Of a stretch of DNA of 64,000 nucleotides, positions 15,251-28,776 are shown piece by piece. The first letter of the stretch is position 1; every line of letters begins with the position of its first letter. The stretch is from Balanoglossus misakiensis (taxonomy: Eukaryota > Animalia > Hemichordata), in assembly GCA_040954595.2 (NCBI GenBank), contig CM082588.2, forward strand, positions 3,308,513 to 3,372,512, in the 5' to 3' direction. The notes beneath the pieces were generated by a model that worked only from the letters and a program-made list of their open reading frames with translations, did not search any database and had not been told where the DNA came from. The position numbers and the translations under genes were made by a program.

Positions 15251-18200
15251 AACAAAGAGGTGGATTCTGCAGATGGACGTAGGTAATGAACGATTGAAGG
15301 AGGACTCCAGTCCTAAAGTTTCTCCGAGATCACTCTCACCGAAACAGTCGGCCGTCTCTGACCTGAAGGAGAACGTCAGTTACAATGTGCATACTCAGTG
15401 TAGGGCAAAGCGGTGCTCGAATGCGAACCCCCTCAGTCCATCCAAAAAAGAAAACAAACCGAACTATGAACACAAACACAGAAAAGTGGGCGTGAAGAGA
15501 TCGGCATCCACGTATCTGAAGGATGAAAGGATAGTCCGCTTCCAGGGACACGACATCAGAACTGGTCCGTGGAATAGTAATACAAATCTGCCTCAAGTGC
15601 AATTTCAGCAAGGCGTCGAGAACTTCGCTAAATCAAAAACGTGCTATGTGTACAGCAAAGACTGTATCCATCTATGTGACAAATTACCAAAGATACCAAA
15701 GAGGGTAAGAAAGGCAATGTCAATTACCTCATAAAACGTGATACTTTTTTGTTGGTATGTGAGGAAATTGATTCAGTTTTAAAGGGGTTACATGATGTAA
15801 AAGTATACTTATATATTTATTACTGTGTTGATCTGACTGCTGTATTTTCATGATGATGTCATTTTCATACCGTCGTATTAAAACTTGCAAACTTCCTGTG
15901 TCAAAAAGCTTTCCCTATACTAATGTCAGCTATAACAAAAGATGATTCTGATTGCAATGGTGGCAGGCCAGCATGGTTCACAGTCTACTCGAAGCCTATG
16001 GTTTACTTGAGAAGATGAGATATGTACCTGCCAGGAGAGCCACAGAGCATGAACTCACAGCCTTCCACACTACAGACTATGTGGAATACCTACAGAAAAT
16101 CAATGATGAAGATGACAGTGAAAAAGTAGATGAGACATCTCAGGAATATGGAATGGGTAAGAGAAAGGGTGTTTATAACAGGAGTATTTTCATAAACTGC
16201 AACACAAACAGCGTACGAAATTCAGCTTCGCATGTGGCTAAATACTTAGTCTTTACCTGCATTAACATAATTCAGTCAGTTTTGTTACCATTATCTGATG
16301 GGTTTGCTTTCCTTGTTTCAACGTCAAAAGATGGCATTTGTGCTTTAACCCTCTCACCCCCAATTCCCTCTTTATAGGTCACACTTTACCATATAAAACA
16401 ATGGATTTGGACTGGACCATGGTGGTGTAAGGGTTAATAGGTTATTTGTATCCACTGTAGGTTATGATTGTCCGTCCATGCCAGGTGTGTATGACTTGGT
16501 AGGGGCAGTGGCAGGAGCCACGCTACAAGCAGCGCAGTGTCTTCTGAATGGTTCTGCTAGTGTAGCCATTAATTGGTGTGGAGGCTGGCATCATGCCAAG
16601 AGGTAAGTGGATGCATGGTATGTGAAGTAAAACAAATTAATACAGCTGTCCTTGGGAACTAAATGCAATGGCTGGGTAGTCACTCGCACACAGAAATAGA
16701 TTACTTGGCACAGCTACAGTGCAGGACAGGACAGGAAGCTATACTGTAAACAAATTTGAGATCAGTGTGGGTTTTTCTTTCAGGAATTTCCATAAGGCAG
16801 ACATTCCTTTTTTATTTGCAGAGACGAAGCTGCTGGGTTTTGTTATGTGAACGATATCGTCCTCGGGATTCTGAAATTGAAAGAGAAATATAATAGGATT
16901 ATGTACATTGACATTGATTTGCATCATGGTGATGGTGAGTAACATAGGAAACAGTGTACAAATGTACATGTATCATTGACTACCTCAGTATTGGCTGTGG
17001 TCACATTGGTCATTTGAGTGGGAAGTGAAGACTAACTTATCATTGTTATCTGTCCGCTTCTGCGTAGAAATTTGTATTTGTTTTCCCTTCTTTCCAGGTG
17101 TGGAAGATGCCTTTTCTTTCACCAACAAAGTTTTGACTGTGTCACTCCACAAGTACGCACCAGGCTTCTTTCCAAGTAAGCCAAATCTTCATAGTCATTC
17201 CAGTTAGACCTGAAGGCCTTTTTTCCCCCTCAAAACCAGTGAAGTTTTTAATGTGTGTTTGCTATTCATTGCATACTACTCTGAAATGCACAAATGCTAC
17301 CAAAGTTATTTACTAATCTGTTTCACTGGATGTGAATCATCTCTGTAGACAACAAAGATTCTCCAGGGGTCCGGTCACTGTTAAGGCCAGTTCTGATGAT
17401 TTTTCTCTTATTTGCCACTGCAAACAGGTACAGGCCACTCCAATGATATCGGTATTGGTAAAGGCAGGTACTACAGTATTAATGTACCTCTCTATGATGG
17501 AATTCAGGATGAGCAGTATTGTGATATATTCTATCGGTAAGTGGCATTGTCTGCAGGGAGGATATTTGGAGTGTTTTTCACAGGGTCAACTGATATTTAT
17601 TCTGGGAATGTCCTGAAAATTGATTTAGCCACTTATGATTTGGATTTTAATGAGATTTCCTTTTTTTGCATTTCAGGATAGTTGATGAAGCCAAAGAAAT
17701 TTATAATCCGGAAGTGATTGTGTTCCAGTGTGGTGTGGACACTCTGAGTGGGGATCCCATGTGTTCCTTTAATTTAACACCACACGGCATTGGTAGATGT
17801 CTGAAGACAGTTTTGGACTGGAAACTACCAACTCTGATCCTCGGAGGAGGTACGTCTGAATAACATGTGCTGTCATAGACCAATTCATAGCCTCGCAAGA
17901 CAGGATGCTTGCTTCATTTGCATAATATTTTAACAGTTCTGTGCGTTTTTTATCCATTTGGGTTAATACAAACTACAGCCATTCATATAAGAGGCCTACA
18001 TGTACAACATATGAAACATGCCCGACTTTTTACATGGCAGTTTCTTGTGACTATCTCACTTTTTAGGTGGTTACAACATACCCAACTCAGCTCGGTGCTG
18101 GGCATATCTGACCTCAATAATCGCCGGGCAAGAAATCGCCTCTGAAATACCTGAACATGAAGTAAGTGTGGACAAAAGAAACTTGTGAAATGTGTATTTT

Positions 18201-18642
18201 TAATGCTTTCATTATGATGTGTAGTGCACATATTGGATGCAACAATAATCTTGAAGAGTATCAGAAAATATAAGGTTTCAGAAATTCTGTATCATTTCTT
18301 GCAGTACTTCACGGAGTATGGTTGTGACTACCAGTTGGAAATTGAACCCGGTCATCGAAAGAACCACAATGATGGTGAATACATCCACAGTGTATTGACG
18401 ACAGTCTCAGGTAACTGTGCACCCTGGTCTCGTTCTGTGTGGTACAGTTAAATCTAGATAACCAGTCAGAATTGAATATGTGCTGTCCTCAGTGCCACTT
18501 TCAATGGACTAAGAGCAAAACTTTGAAAGTATTACCACCAACGTCAGAAAACATGTCATTGTGAACTCGTACATCTCGAGAAAATGTTTGACACCCTTGT
18601 ATTTTTTTTTCAGGGAACCTACAGAAGATCAATATGAGATGA
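15243..18642 (+). CDS. HDAC8: Histone deacetylase 8 (10 exons) with a long N-terminal extension
   Basis: PKIPKR|[27 protein letters not shown]|[67 protein letters not shown] and [13 protein letters not shown] are HDAC8-type motifs; stop TGA at 18640-18642. Confidence 0.95.
16345..16437 (+). mobile_element. Complete ~93-bp MITE with TTAA-CCCT...AGGG-TTAA ends (piggyBac-like)
   Basis: TTAACCCT at the left end and AGGGTTAA at the right; homologous copies at 9609, 49451 and 63231. Confidence 0.7.
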
Positions 18643-20186
18643 TTTACAGCATTGGTCGAGTAGGCCTACTCCCGAGTGAATATCCCTCACAGATTTCTGC
18701 AGTGTTCCTGGTAAATGGATGCAGGACAGATCACACTACAGATGGACAAAGCATGTCCGCAGAACGATGTATTTGTATGGCTGTTTTTCGCATGGTTTCT
18801 TCGTACCATGGTTCGTTCAAATTCCGAGTTTCACCTTTTAACCCGTGGCTTTTTAAAACAAATTGTTGGACATCAGTCTCAGACTTTTTTTTAAAATACA
18901 TCATATCTACTTAGATGTGGAGGAAATTTTACCAGAAGTTTATGGTGGAAGTGACTTTTGTGAATTTTTTTTTCCCAATTTCAACTTAATTGCAGAAATA
19001 TTTCAAGTGATTGTTTGAGGACTTCGAGTTACGCTTCAAGTTTTAGACACTGCCATTTTCCTCAGGGCCGTACCAAGTTTGGAAAAACATAATTATTATT
19101 TGTTTAAAGTTTGCATAAGAATTACCAGTTTGTACTTAATATTTATGATAATTAAAATCCCAGTTTACTAATGAGAATTATTGTCCATTGTGATTTGTCT
19201 TTATTTTTTTTTGGGGGGGGGGGCAAGTTGCCTAGAGAATATCAAAGACAATTGGAAGATTTAAAACAAAAATGTGAACAGTTCTGAAGCATGGGGGCTT
19301 ATAGCAACTTCAACAATGTGACCACTCAATATGAAAGAACATCTCCACTTTCACAAACACTCGTACTGTAAGAAAACAGTCAACTGCACAAGGCGGAATT
19401 CATATAAAATCTGTATTTCATGGGCAAAAAAGAAAGTATCTTTGAATTACATCACCACACATGCTAGAAATAAGTGGACCCTGTATGGTCTGAGAGTCTG
19501 GCAGTAGGGCTGGAATTTCCACACATGAATGTTCTGAAAGTGATTTGCAGCATTAGGGGATAAGCGCAAGTAATTATAGTAATTAAAATGTAGGATAGCA
19601 ATTGATTGATAGGTGTTAAACACTTGACTTTCCTGTTTTCAATTAAGTCAAAATTGCCAGTTTCCAAAAAGTAAAACATTAACAGGAGCTGTGCTATCAG
19701 TTCATTGATGATAGCATGCATGTTGTAAGGCTGTGGAATGTGATAGCCACACACCACCTCCCGGGAGTCCCCTACCTCAAATGCCATGGCCATCAACCTG
19801 TGTGAAGGGTTGAAACATTTCATGACCGTGCATTTCTACAGAGCGAGTGAGGATGAACAAGTTGATAATGGGGGAGACACTGAGATGGCCAAATGAGGAG
19901 GGATATTTTGACCAATCAGGCAATGATCTCGCGACCTCTGACACACAGTTGACCTCTGACTTTCTGGGCTGAGACCATTCTAACACAGGGTACATTGATG
20001 TAAACATTGTTTTACAGCCAACGTCAACAACTCTTGATTGCTTTTCACTGCACGCCTCTCAAACCACATTATGTGCGTTACTATCTCGGCACAATCTCAC
20101 TTTTCACCCCTGACTTTCACCGATGCTGTACCAAAGAACACTTAGGGGTAGGCTGGGAGACAAGAGTCAGAAATTTGGCTACAGCG

Positions 20187-23100
20187 TCAGTCATTGTTCA
20201 GGATATTTTGCATATCTTTGAGACTGTACTCCCCAGCGACAGATAACGCATGGTCCATGGCATGTACATTCACCAACAGTTTGATGATTGTTTTCATACT
20301 GTTCCTGAAATTTGGAAGAAAAAAAATAGCATTAATTAGTACTGAAACTAATACGATCTTCCACAACACAAAATAATGTCATCTGATATGAGAATACACA
20401 ATGTTGTGAGACTTACAGGGTTTTCCGCTTATCTGAGTCTGATCCACCCATGGCGTTTGCGTGTATCGTGCTGACTGCATGGCGTAAATACCTACAGAGA
20501 TTCTCGAGCTGCCTGAGTGTTGAATCACCTTCAAGTTTGGAAAACCACTGCTTGGGAAATGTTGACACAATCTACAATTAAACAAAAAAAATCCCCACAA
20601 TATTTATACGATATTGATCCTGTGTTGATCAGGCAAAATTATTCAACATCTGTCTTACAAAAATTTTCAGTTTTAATAAACATCCCAATTCTTCTTACCC
20701 TTTGACACTTGGCTATACTCTCGTCTGTGACATCATTGGTTTGAAGCGACAGTAAAAGGTATCTATTCAACAACCCGTCTAACGCCAACTCTTGCAAGAT
20801 CCCAGACGACACTATACCATTCCAGGACAGAATATTGCCAAGAAGCTGCAAAAAATACAATGCGAAGGTATGAAGACTGGTGTAAACGTCACTCAAACAC
20901 TAATACTAGCTAGTAGTTACAGATGACACCATGGGAAAATTTTGTCGTCGAATTCTTGTCAATAACTTAGCATTCTATGCATGCAAATGAGAGCTACATC
21001 ATATGGTCATAAAAGCACTGCACACCTATTTGCCCATATATGAGCATGTGTACATTACAGGTGACTGTATATCTTGATTTTTTTCCCGGAGCACTGAGGA
21101 AAGCCATTAGACTTACAGAAGTTTAGATTCACCCACCTTGACACATGACCAAAACTGTCTTTGTAAGAAGACACTGGCTCCTGAGGCTCTGTTTTCAAGT
21201 AAACTGAAATGAGTGAAAGATTTGACAGGATGTGAAAATATGCTATTTTGTCATTTCCCTGGTTATACAAGGTCCAGAGTGAAAGACATGACAGAACAAA
21301 ACACAACACTAATAGATGCAGTTCCCCCCCCCCCCTCCCCTTTTTTGCTGATAGTGATGTACATGCATGTTGGCAATGAGGGTGCGAAAGGCTTTGAAAA
21401 ACTTACGTTTTTGGGAAGAGTGGAACATATACATCATCATCCAGGGTTTTTCTCATTCGGCACACAACAGCTTTTAACAAATTCTGTGTGTGTTTGTTTT
21501 CCGCCGACACCGTTGGATAATCATCAGCTATTCGATGGATAAACTCTACCAGTTTCAGCGTCTGCGTTGACGACATTGGATCCCATACATTCTCTACAAA
21601 ATCTGTAGCACAAAATATAGGTATTTAATATGTTGAGAAAGTAGTGTTTTCATAAACATGTTGCCAGTGTTTGTACTCCAATGTAAAAATCCTGAGGAAA
21701 AGCCAGCTTTTTTGCATAGGGAAATTGCATGAAAAATGTGTAGCCTGCCTCTGTTCTTTTAAACCTAGAGTGTTACAACAATATGGATAACTCACAAGTT
21801 ATCTTAGGCAGAACTATTTTTTCAACCAGGCTGGGCACTAGCTTGACATCGGGGTCGTCTCTTTCGATTCCTTCACCTTCTCGGAACCCGTAAAACATTA
21901 GAGATTCAAACCATTCCATCTGTTCGAGGTCAGAACAGTCCTCCTGAAATGAAATAACGAATGCACAATGGATCAAAATGTGATGGCATGTAAAATACTG
22001 TACACACATGCATCAGTAAGGATAGAAGCAAGCGACGTAAAAAAAAAACATTTCAGGGCGGCCATTTTGTCCATACTATACAGGTTCTACTGAACTACTT
22101 TAGTTAATAAAAAATTATGTTTTTAATAACTAAACTATACTCATATTAAGTATTAACCACACTAACCTCTAATGGATTCCAGCCTATTAACTGTAACCGC
22201 ACAAACGGAGAAAATAATTTTGGCAGACAGAGTGATATGAAAGCTTCTGTGTAGGTTTCTGAGAAATGGTACTTCCATTTCTCAAAGTGCGGCCTGATGC
22301 CAACGAATGAAGAAAACTCCTCCACAACATCTTCAAAGAGAGTGCGGGCACTTTCAAGGATCCGCTCTGGAACGAGAAAAAGGACAATTAAATTTTAAAA
22401 AGTCAAACAAATATTTATCAACCAAATTTCCTTCAACTTAGGCTTGTCACTGATTATTTCTATAAAGATTGGTCTATACTGCACAAAATAATTATGCATT
22501 TGTGGGTGAGGGGCAAAATTACCTTGCTCAGCTAAAAACCTGGCTGTTTCACTGTCAGGGACTTCGTCGTCACTGGACAATCCTTCATAGTGCCCCTGGT
22601 CCGTACCCAGTGATTGCCTGCTGCGTCTTCGCCTTGCTCTGTAGAACACAAACATGGATACAAGTTCACAAGTGAGAAATAAAAGAGCAGAAAATCCTGC
22701 CTCCTCAAACTGTTAGGGTTCTCCCCCACACTGTTCGGTTTTGGCCAGTGTACTCAATCTTGTCTATTTTGATACATTCCTTGGGCTATTCCAAAGTATG
22801 ACAGAGACGGGGGTGTCAAAGAGCAGAAAAGCAGCAATACCTCCTTCCTTCTCTTTCAGCCTGTCGTCTCTGCTTAGCAATGGCCTCCTTGTCGGACTTG
22901 CTCCTGCCGCCATGGGCGTCCAGATTCGGAGCGGCCGCCGCCTTGCTGCCTTTCGTGGTGAAGTCCTCCGACTGGTCCTTGATGTCCTCTTGTCTGCGCT
23001 GTACCAGCGTGCTGGCCGTCTGTTTCCAAAGATTGTGCATCTGTGTTTCCAGAGAGTTAATCACCGGCACCTAGATCAGAGAACGAAAACAAAACAAAAA

Positions 23101-26100
23101 GAACCGATATTAGAAGACTCTGAAATAGCATGCTCGACTCCTTTAACAGGCCACAGTGTAACGTCACTTACCTTCAGAAACGTTGTAGCTAGTTACACAG
23201 AAATTTTACACATAATTGTAGATTTTGTCATATGCATGCAATTGTCTGTAAGTCTCTGTTGAACTGAAAATACTGCCTTAACACAGAAACTCATGATGAT
23301 CTTATGGCTGTAGTACTGACAAAGTACGTTGACAATTTTTTGACAGCACTCAATACTTATACTTTGTTTCCTCACATAACAGTACATGTATGTAAACTTC
23401 TGACTATTGGCAATGAGACTGTGGCTTGCTAAAGAACTGCCGCAGAGTGTAGCACTTTAATTGTTGTTCTCAGTTTATATGTATGTACTGCGTGCATGAC
23501 ATATTTTCAACATCTGTGTAAGTGCTATAAGTGGCCCTGAAAATCCAGCCTTGTCTATTGACATTTTTCAACCTTCAAGAAAGTTGTATTAATTTCAAGC
23601 AAACAAAACAGGGCCATTTGAAAACAAAGCTTGTTGCAGAATTCCCAAAAGATGTCAAAGAGGGTCGGGGAGATACTGATTTAAAGAGTCGTTAACTGAC
23701 AACCCATCCCCAGACAGTGGGGGCGGGGTATAGAGAGAAACTTAGGAACACTGCAAGCCCAACCCCCCTCCCCACAGCATCAAAAATCCCCCACGGCTAT
23801 GGAGACGCACCTTGGCATTGAGACACTCTACCAAGTCTCTGACATACCCCCTCATCTCTTGAAAGAACTTGTACTGCTGCTCCATGTCAACGAACGACGA
23901 CTTCAACTTCACCGTGTTCTCCTCGGAGGACGATAAATTATCCGTCACCTGGTCCATCTCCCGCTGGTGTGCCCTGTGAACTTCCTGCAGGCTCTCAAGC
24001 CTAGAGGAATGGGTGTTGGGAAGCAAAAGGAAGTGTTTTCGTCTTTCAAACCTGCTGGAATGAAAAGCCCCCTAACCATGCAAACCCACCTGACTAAATT
24101 GAATGCAAGGTTTTCACAACACCCATAAACATTTTAAAAACAAATATCCTGCGCAAAGCAACTTGGAATTAGCCGATTACTACTTTGGAACAATTTTGAC
24201 AATATGCTGAACTGGGGCGTTACCTATTTATCATTAGGATACAAATACTTTACTACATAAAAACTATACGAATGCTTCCCCATCACAAGCTCTCAGGTCA
24301 TATGTTTGTGTACCCCATACTTACCTCCTATTAGAAAAGCATTTTAGCCACTATTGGCTCATAATGAAGATTTTTGAATTTACAGCCAAATGTGTTTATC
24401 GTATCTGAATTTTCCAGATATTTTTCCTAAGCTTGTGAGATCAATTTTGTTTTTGTGACTGTACAATGCATACCAGGAGACAATCACACGCACACACACA
24501 CACACACACACTTAAATGCACATACGCACGCATACATTCACACAAGTGACACGGATCATACTGAATTTGCAAAGCTCTGTCTCCCTCTGGGAAGTTGAAC
24601 ACAGATAAGCATATCTACCTGTCCTTCAGTTGTTTTTTAACCTGATCTAAAGTAACAGAGGGTAAATCTTTTGGCGGTGCCTGCATGGAGTTGGCAGTTT
24701 GACTGGGACTTCCGGCTGCGCTGCTGCTATTGCTGCCCAGGTGGTGGAAGGGATCTATGCTCATCAGGGGTGGTGGCAGTCCAGCGCTGTTACTCAGGGC
24801 CGACTGTGAGTCTCCATACACATATTCTTGATACACGTAGGATGGCTGCTCGTCCATTTTCTCTTGGATCTGAAAACAGGAAGAGCGTCGCAAATATTTT
24901 AACGTTCTGGAAAGATGCAGAGCTGCCATAAAAGATATCATACGAAGCTAAAGTTTAATTCCCAGGATAAATGCTGATTTTAGTATTAACCTCTAGACCT
25001 GGAATATCTTACCTGTGGCACACTTGTTCCTTTCTTGATCTGTTCTTGTTCCCACCGCTGCAATTCCTCATCGTGTTCCTTCTCGCTGTCTTCACTGTCT
25101 GTTCATGATAAGTACACACAAAGGTTGTCAAAAAGATGTTCATTATTTGATTGTATACTGTATGCAACAGTAATGGTTCTCAGCCTAGCATAGTTCCCAG
25201 GGATAGTCATGTGACCATCAAGCTGAACTGATCAATATACAATCAAGGCTGTAGTGTAAAGAGCATTGATTGTATTTGATAGTAAAACGTGTTTGAATAC
25301 AAGTCTGCACAAACCTTGCTCAATGGCTTCAATAACTTTCTGCCTCTGAGTGAGCTCGGGTCGAACTGTGAAACTGATCCGTTCATCCTCATCCTCTTCT
25401 TCATTATCACTTCTATCATTATCATCATCCCTGATTAACCTGGATGCGTTATTCTCAAATCTCTGCGTATCATCTACCGGCAATGGTATATAGCTGTCAC
25501 CCATCTCTCTGGCCATCTGCCTTCTCTTCCTAGCTGCATGAATCATAGCTGCATCTGGTATCACGCCTGTGTTATGGACATTAATACATCTGTTAGTTGA
25601 GTATTCAGGGTGTGTTTCAGAAAGCAGAACAATCTGCTTGTCATGTGAACTATCATAATCAATTATAACTTAGTACAAAACTGGGCCACATGTAGAAAGA
25701 AAACTACCCTACCTGACGGTAGATTACTAAACGCTTTATCCTCCTCATCCTTCTGTGAGCTTCCATCACCTAGTGAAATATCTTCTGCCTCTTTGCCGTT
25801 CAGGATTCCACTTTCCTTCTTCAGCTGTTGTAGCTTATCTGCAGAGTACTCGCCTGCAGCAGACACTTGTGACTTGAATTGTCGGTGGTCTTTCTCCTTC
25901 TTCTTTTCCTCTTGCTGTTTCTCTTTGAACTTCTTCACGTGTTTCTTGCTGTGGAGAGATTTCTTGATCTGAAAGACGTCCTCCTCTGCAACTGTGAAAG
26001 TCAGAGTAAAGTGCTGTGGTTAGTGTGGCATTCTCCCAACAAGCCATTACACCGTAAGGGCTCAACTGGCGTCATGCAAAGCTGCACTGAGTAATTGCCT

Positions 26101-26459
26101 TGAAATCTAGTACTACACGAACATATGATGTAGTATGATGACTGATGCACATGTAGATGTACACATGTTCATTTCGCTACTGGCATATATTCAGAAAACA
26201 ACGTCAAATCTGTTTTACCTTCTTCGTCTTCGAAGCTTAACAAATTACTGGACGAGGACTTTGATAACGTAGTACTGCTGAGACCAAGTTGTACTCGCTC
26301 CGACCGTTTTTTCTTCATCTTTTCTAAAGTTGTTGCTGTTTGAAATGGAGGGTCGGTGTCCATAGCATCGTCGATGAACGGGATCTTGTTGCCCTTTTCC
26401 TCCTCATCGCTGCTATCTTCACGTTTTCTCACGTTCAGATTTCGTCGTTTCTTAAACAT
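20187..26459 (-). CDS. PAXBP1: PAX3/PAX7-binding protein 1 / GCFC2 family (Ntr2-like spliceosome disassembly factor), ~15 exons
   Basis: MFKKRRN..LLSFEDEE, IPDAAMIHAARKRRQMARE, QYKFFQEMRGYVRDLVECLNAKVP, AEREGRRARRRR, EGLSSDDE, FLQRQFWSCVKLLGNILSW, LALDGLLNRY; GT-AG exon chain. Confidence 0.93.
24486..24511. repeat. (CA)n microsatellite in a PAXBP1 intron
   Basis: CACACGCACACACACACACACACAC. Confidence 0.8.
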
Positions 26460-26987
26460 TTTGCAAGTGGACATCAACTCAGCAATATACAACCTGACGA
26501 TCGGTGGGACTCTACGATCACCAGTCGATAGGTCACGCACCGCAGGCGCTGTACATAGAAGATTATGGCCGCCCCAAGATCTCGTGAGGTTTTACGAGAA
26601 CATTTACTTTATTTCCAAATCGTAGGTTCGATTGCAGAGCTTGAAACGTGAAATTCAACAATGTCAACTAAAACTTCATAAGCGACTTTGTTTGATATTT
26701 CTTACTATATATTTATTATTTCTTAACATACTGAATGTCATTAACTTAGCACTCGTGCATTTACACATAAATTAATTTCCGAACACAAGGTCCTTGAAAG
26801 CAAAAATCAGGAGAAGTGTAATAAATGTGACCAACAGTCACCTGACTAAACGCGTGTCACATGACTCATCGTCGAGGTCAGGAGGTAGGAGGGTGCAGCC
26901 ACGATCGGTTAAATAGACCGCTTCAATTAAAGTGTTTGTCATATCTTCTCCAAGCACCCAAAAGTATAGTACTGACAGATAATCAAA

Positions 26988-27886
26988 ATGGCAAAGGTTG
27001 GTGGAATGAAAAACCCCGAGCCAGCAACAGAAGAGGTTCAGGAACTTTTAAATGGGGTAAGTTGTGGCTCGTTCATTTACACTGTAATGTACATTTGTAA
27101 ACACTAGTACATTACAGCATTGTATGTAACTTAGTGCACATCTGAAAACCCACTTATCAGTCCCACAGAAGGAGTTACATCTGGAAAAATCCTTATTCAC
27201 TATTTCATCAAGGAAATTCAGAACGTAGTGTTGTGACAAGAATATTTGCGCTGTTGTTGTGACAATTTCCGCGAAATAACAAGTGTCTTGAAATTATATT
27301 TTCACCTTCAATCCTCAGATTCGGAATGAAATAGAAGAAATGACAGGTTCAAAGTTTGACAATTTTGAAGCAAAAGTATATGCCACTCAATTGGTGAATG
27401 GTGTAAACTACTTTGTCAAGGTAATGCTATGAATTCTATTGGTATTTTCCTAGCTTGAAGTATTATTGATTAAATATTTGAAGGACAGTCAATTGTTCTG
27501 GCTTGTGTTGACCTCAGTCATCATCGAAGGACAGGAGAAAGACAATTGTATGTAAATGATTATTTAATATTTACATACTTCCTGCAAGGTTGTTGTTCAT
27601 TAATTTCATGCAATATTGATTCTATTGGTTATTTTGAATGTTACAACCTCTCTCATGGTAAGGTCAGGCTATGTACACGATTCGATATACAGTTGTGTTT
27701 ATGACTGTCTGGTACCTACTGTCAATGATTCAACATAACATGTATCTCTTCATTATGTGCCAACAGGTTCACATAGGAGGTGACAAATACATTCACGTCC
27801 GATTTCACAAAACTTTCCAAGGGAAAGTTAGTCCTCACAGCGTACAACAGGGCAAAGTGGAAACTGACGAATTGGTTTATTTCTGA
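26988..27886 (+). CDS. Type 1 cystatin (stefin; cystatin-A/B-like), 3 exons
   Basis: MAKVGGMKNPEPATEEVQELLNG|IRNEIEEMTGSKFDNFEAKVYATQLVNGVNYFVK|VHIGGDKYIHVRF..DELVYF*: N-terminal GG, QxVxG motif, stefin-type C-terminus and three-exon layout. Confidence 0.92.
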
Positions 27887-28776
27887 AGTACACTCAGCAA
27901 GACTTGCCCATTATACAGTGCCTCATTCCAAACACAACAAGATGTCAACGCCGCTTAAGATCATTCCAGGATCCGTCTATTAGAAGTATCATAGAACCAA
28001 TACAGTGTATCATTGATACTGAATTGTACTTTGTAGTGAACTCTGACCCTATATCCTATTGGCTTTCTTACCGGTCCTCAGAGTAATCTGTCTCAGTTTT
28101 GCATCACAATCAATAATGTGTGCAAAATCATGGCACAATAATCATCATGTGTCACTGCCCTCAAGGATTTCTTCGTAAATTTTGCCATCATTTCACATGG
28201 AACGTTTCTGTGATGTTTTTGTTAGATTACTGTACATACATTGTTTCTGTAACTATTTTTTCCAAATGAAATACCTTTACCAATACCGTATGACCAGACA
28301 AATTTTGTAAAATTGGGCATTCATTAAAGTAATTTTTAACAGAGAAACCATAGCCTGACGAGCTGTTTTTTTTTTCTTCCAAAAATCCTACACCCCCTCC
28401 AAAGTATGAAGTGATCCTCTTGATTTGAAGAACAATGGAAATCCCGTTCTATTGTTACAAGGATGTGCACCTAGAAAATTCATTCTTGTGGCCATGAAGA
28501 GCGCCCCCTATTTCTTCATCATAAGATACAGCTTACCCTTGTTTTTCTAGAATACCCTGTGGTCCAAATGTCCATCTGTTAATATCATTGTGGCCATCTT
28601 CGACAAAAAGAAAGTACACTTACATATTGCTATAAAATTCTGTTTATTTACAAGTCATCTTCTGCAACATGGTAAATTTGTGAAACTTTGATTAAATAAT
28701 CCAGAATCAATTTAGTGTGGAAAAAACTTGTCCAGTGCAAGTTTATAGACAAAGTTCAAACATGCAAAATTTGTTA

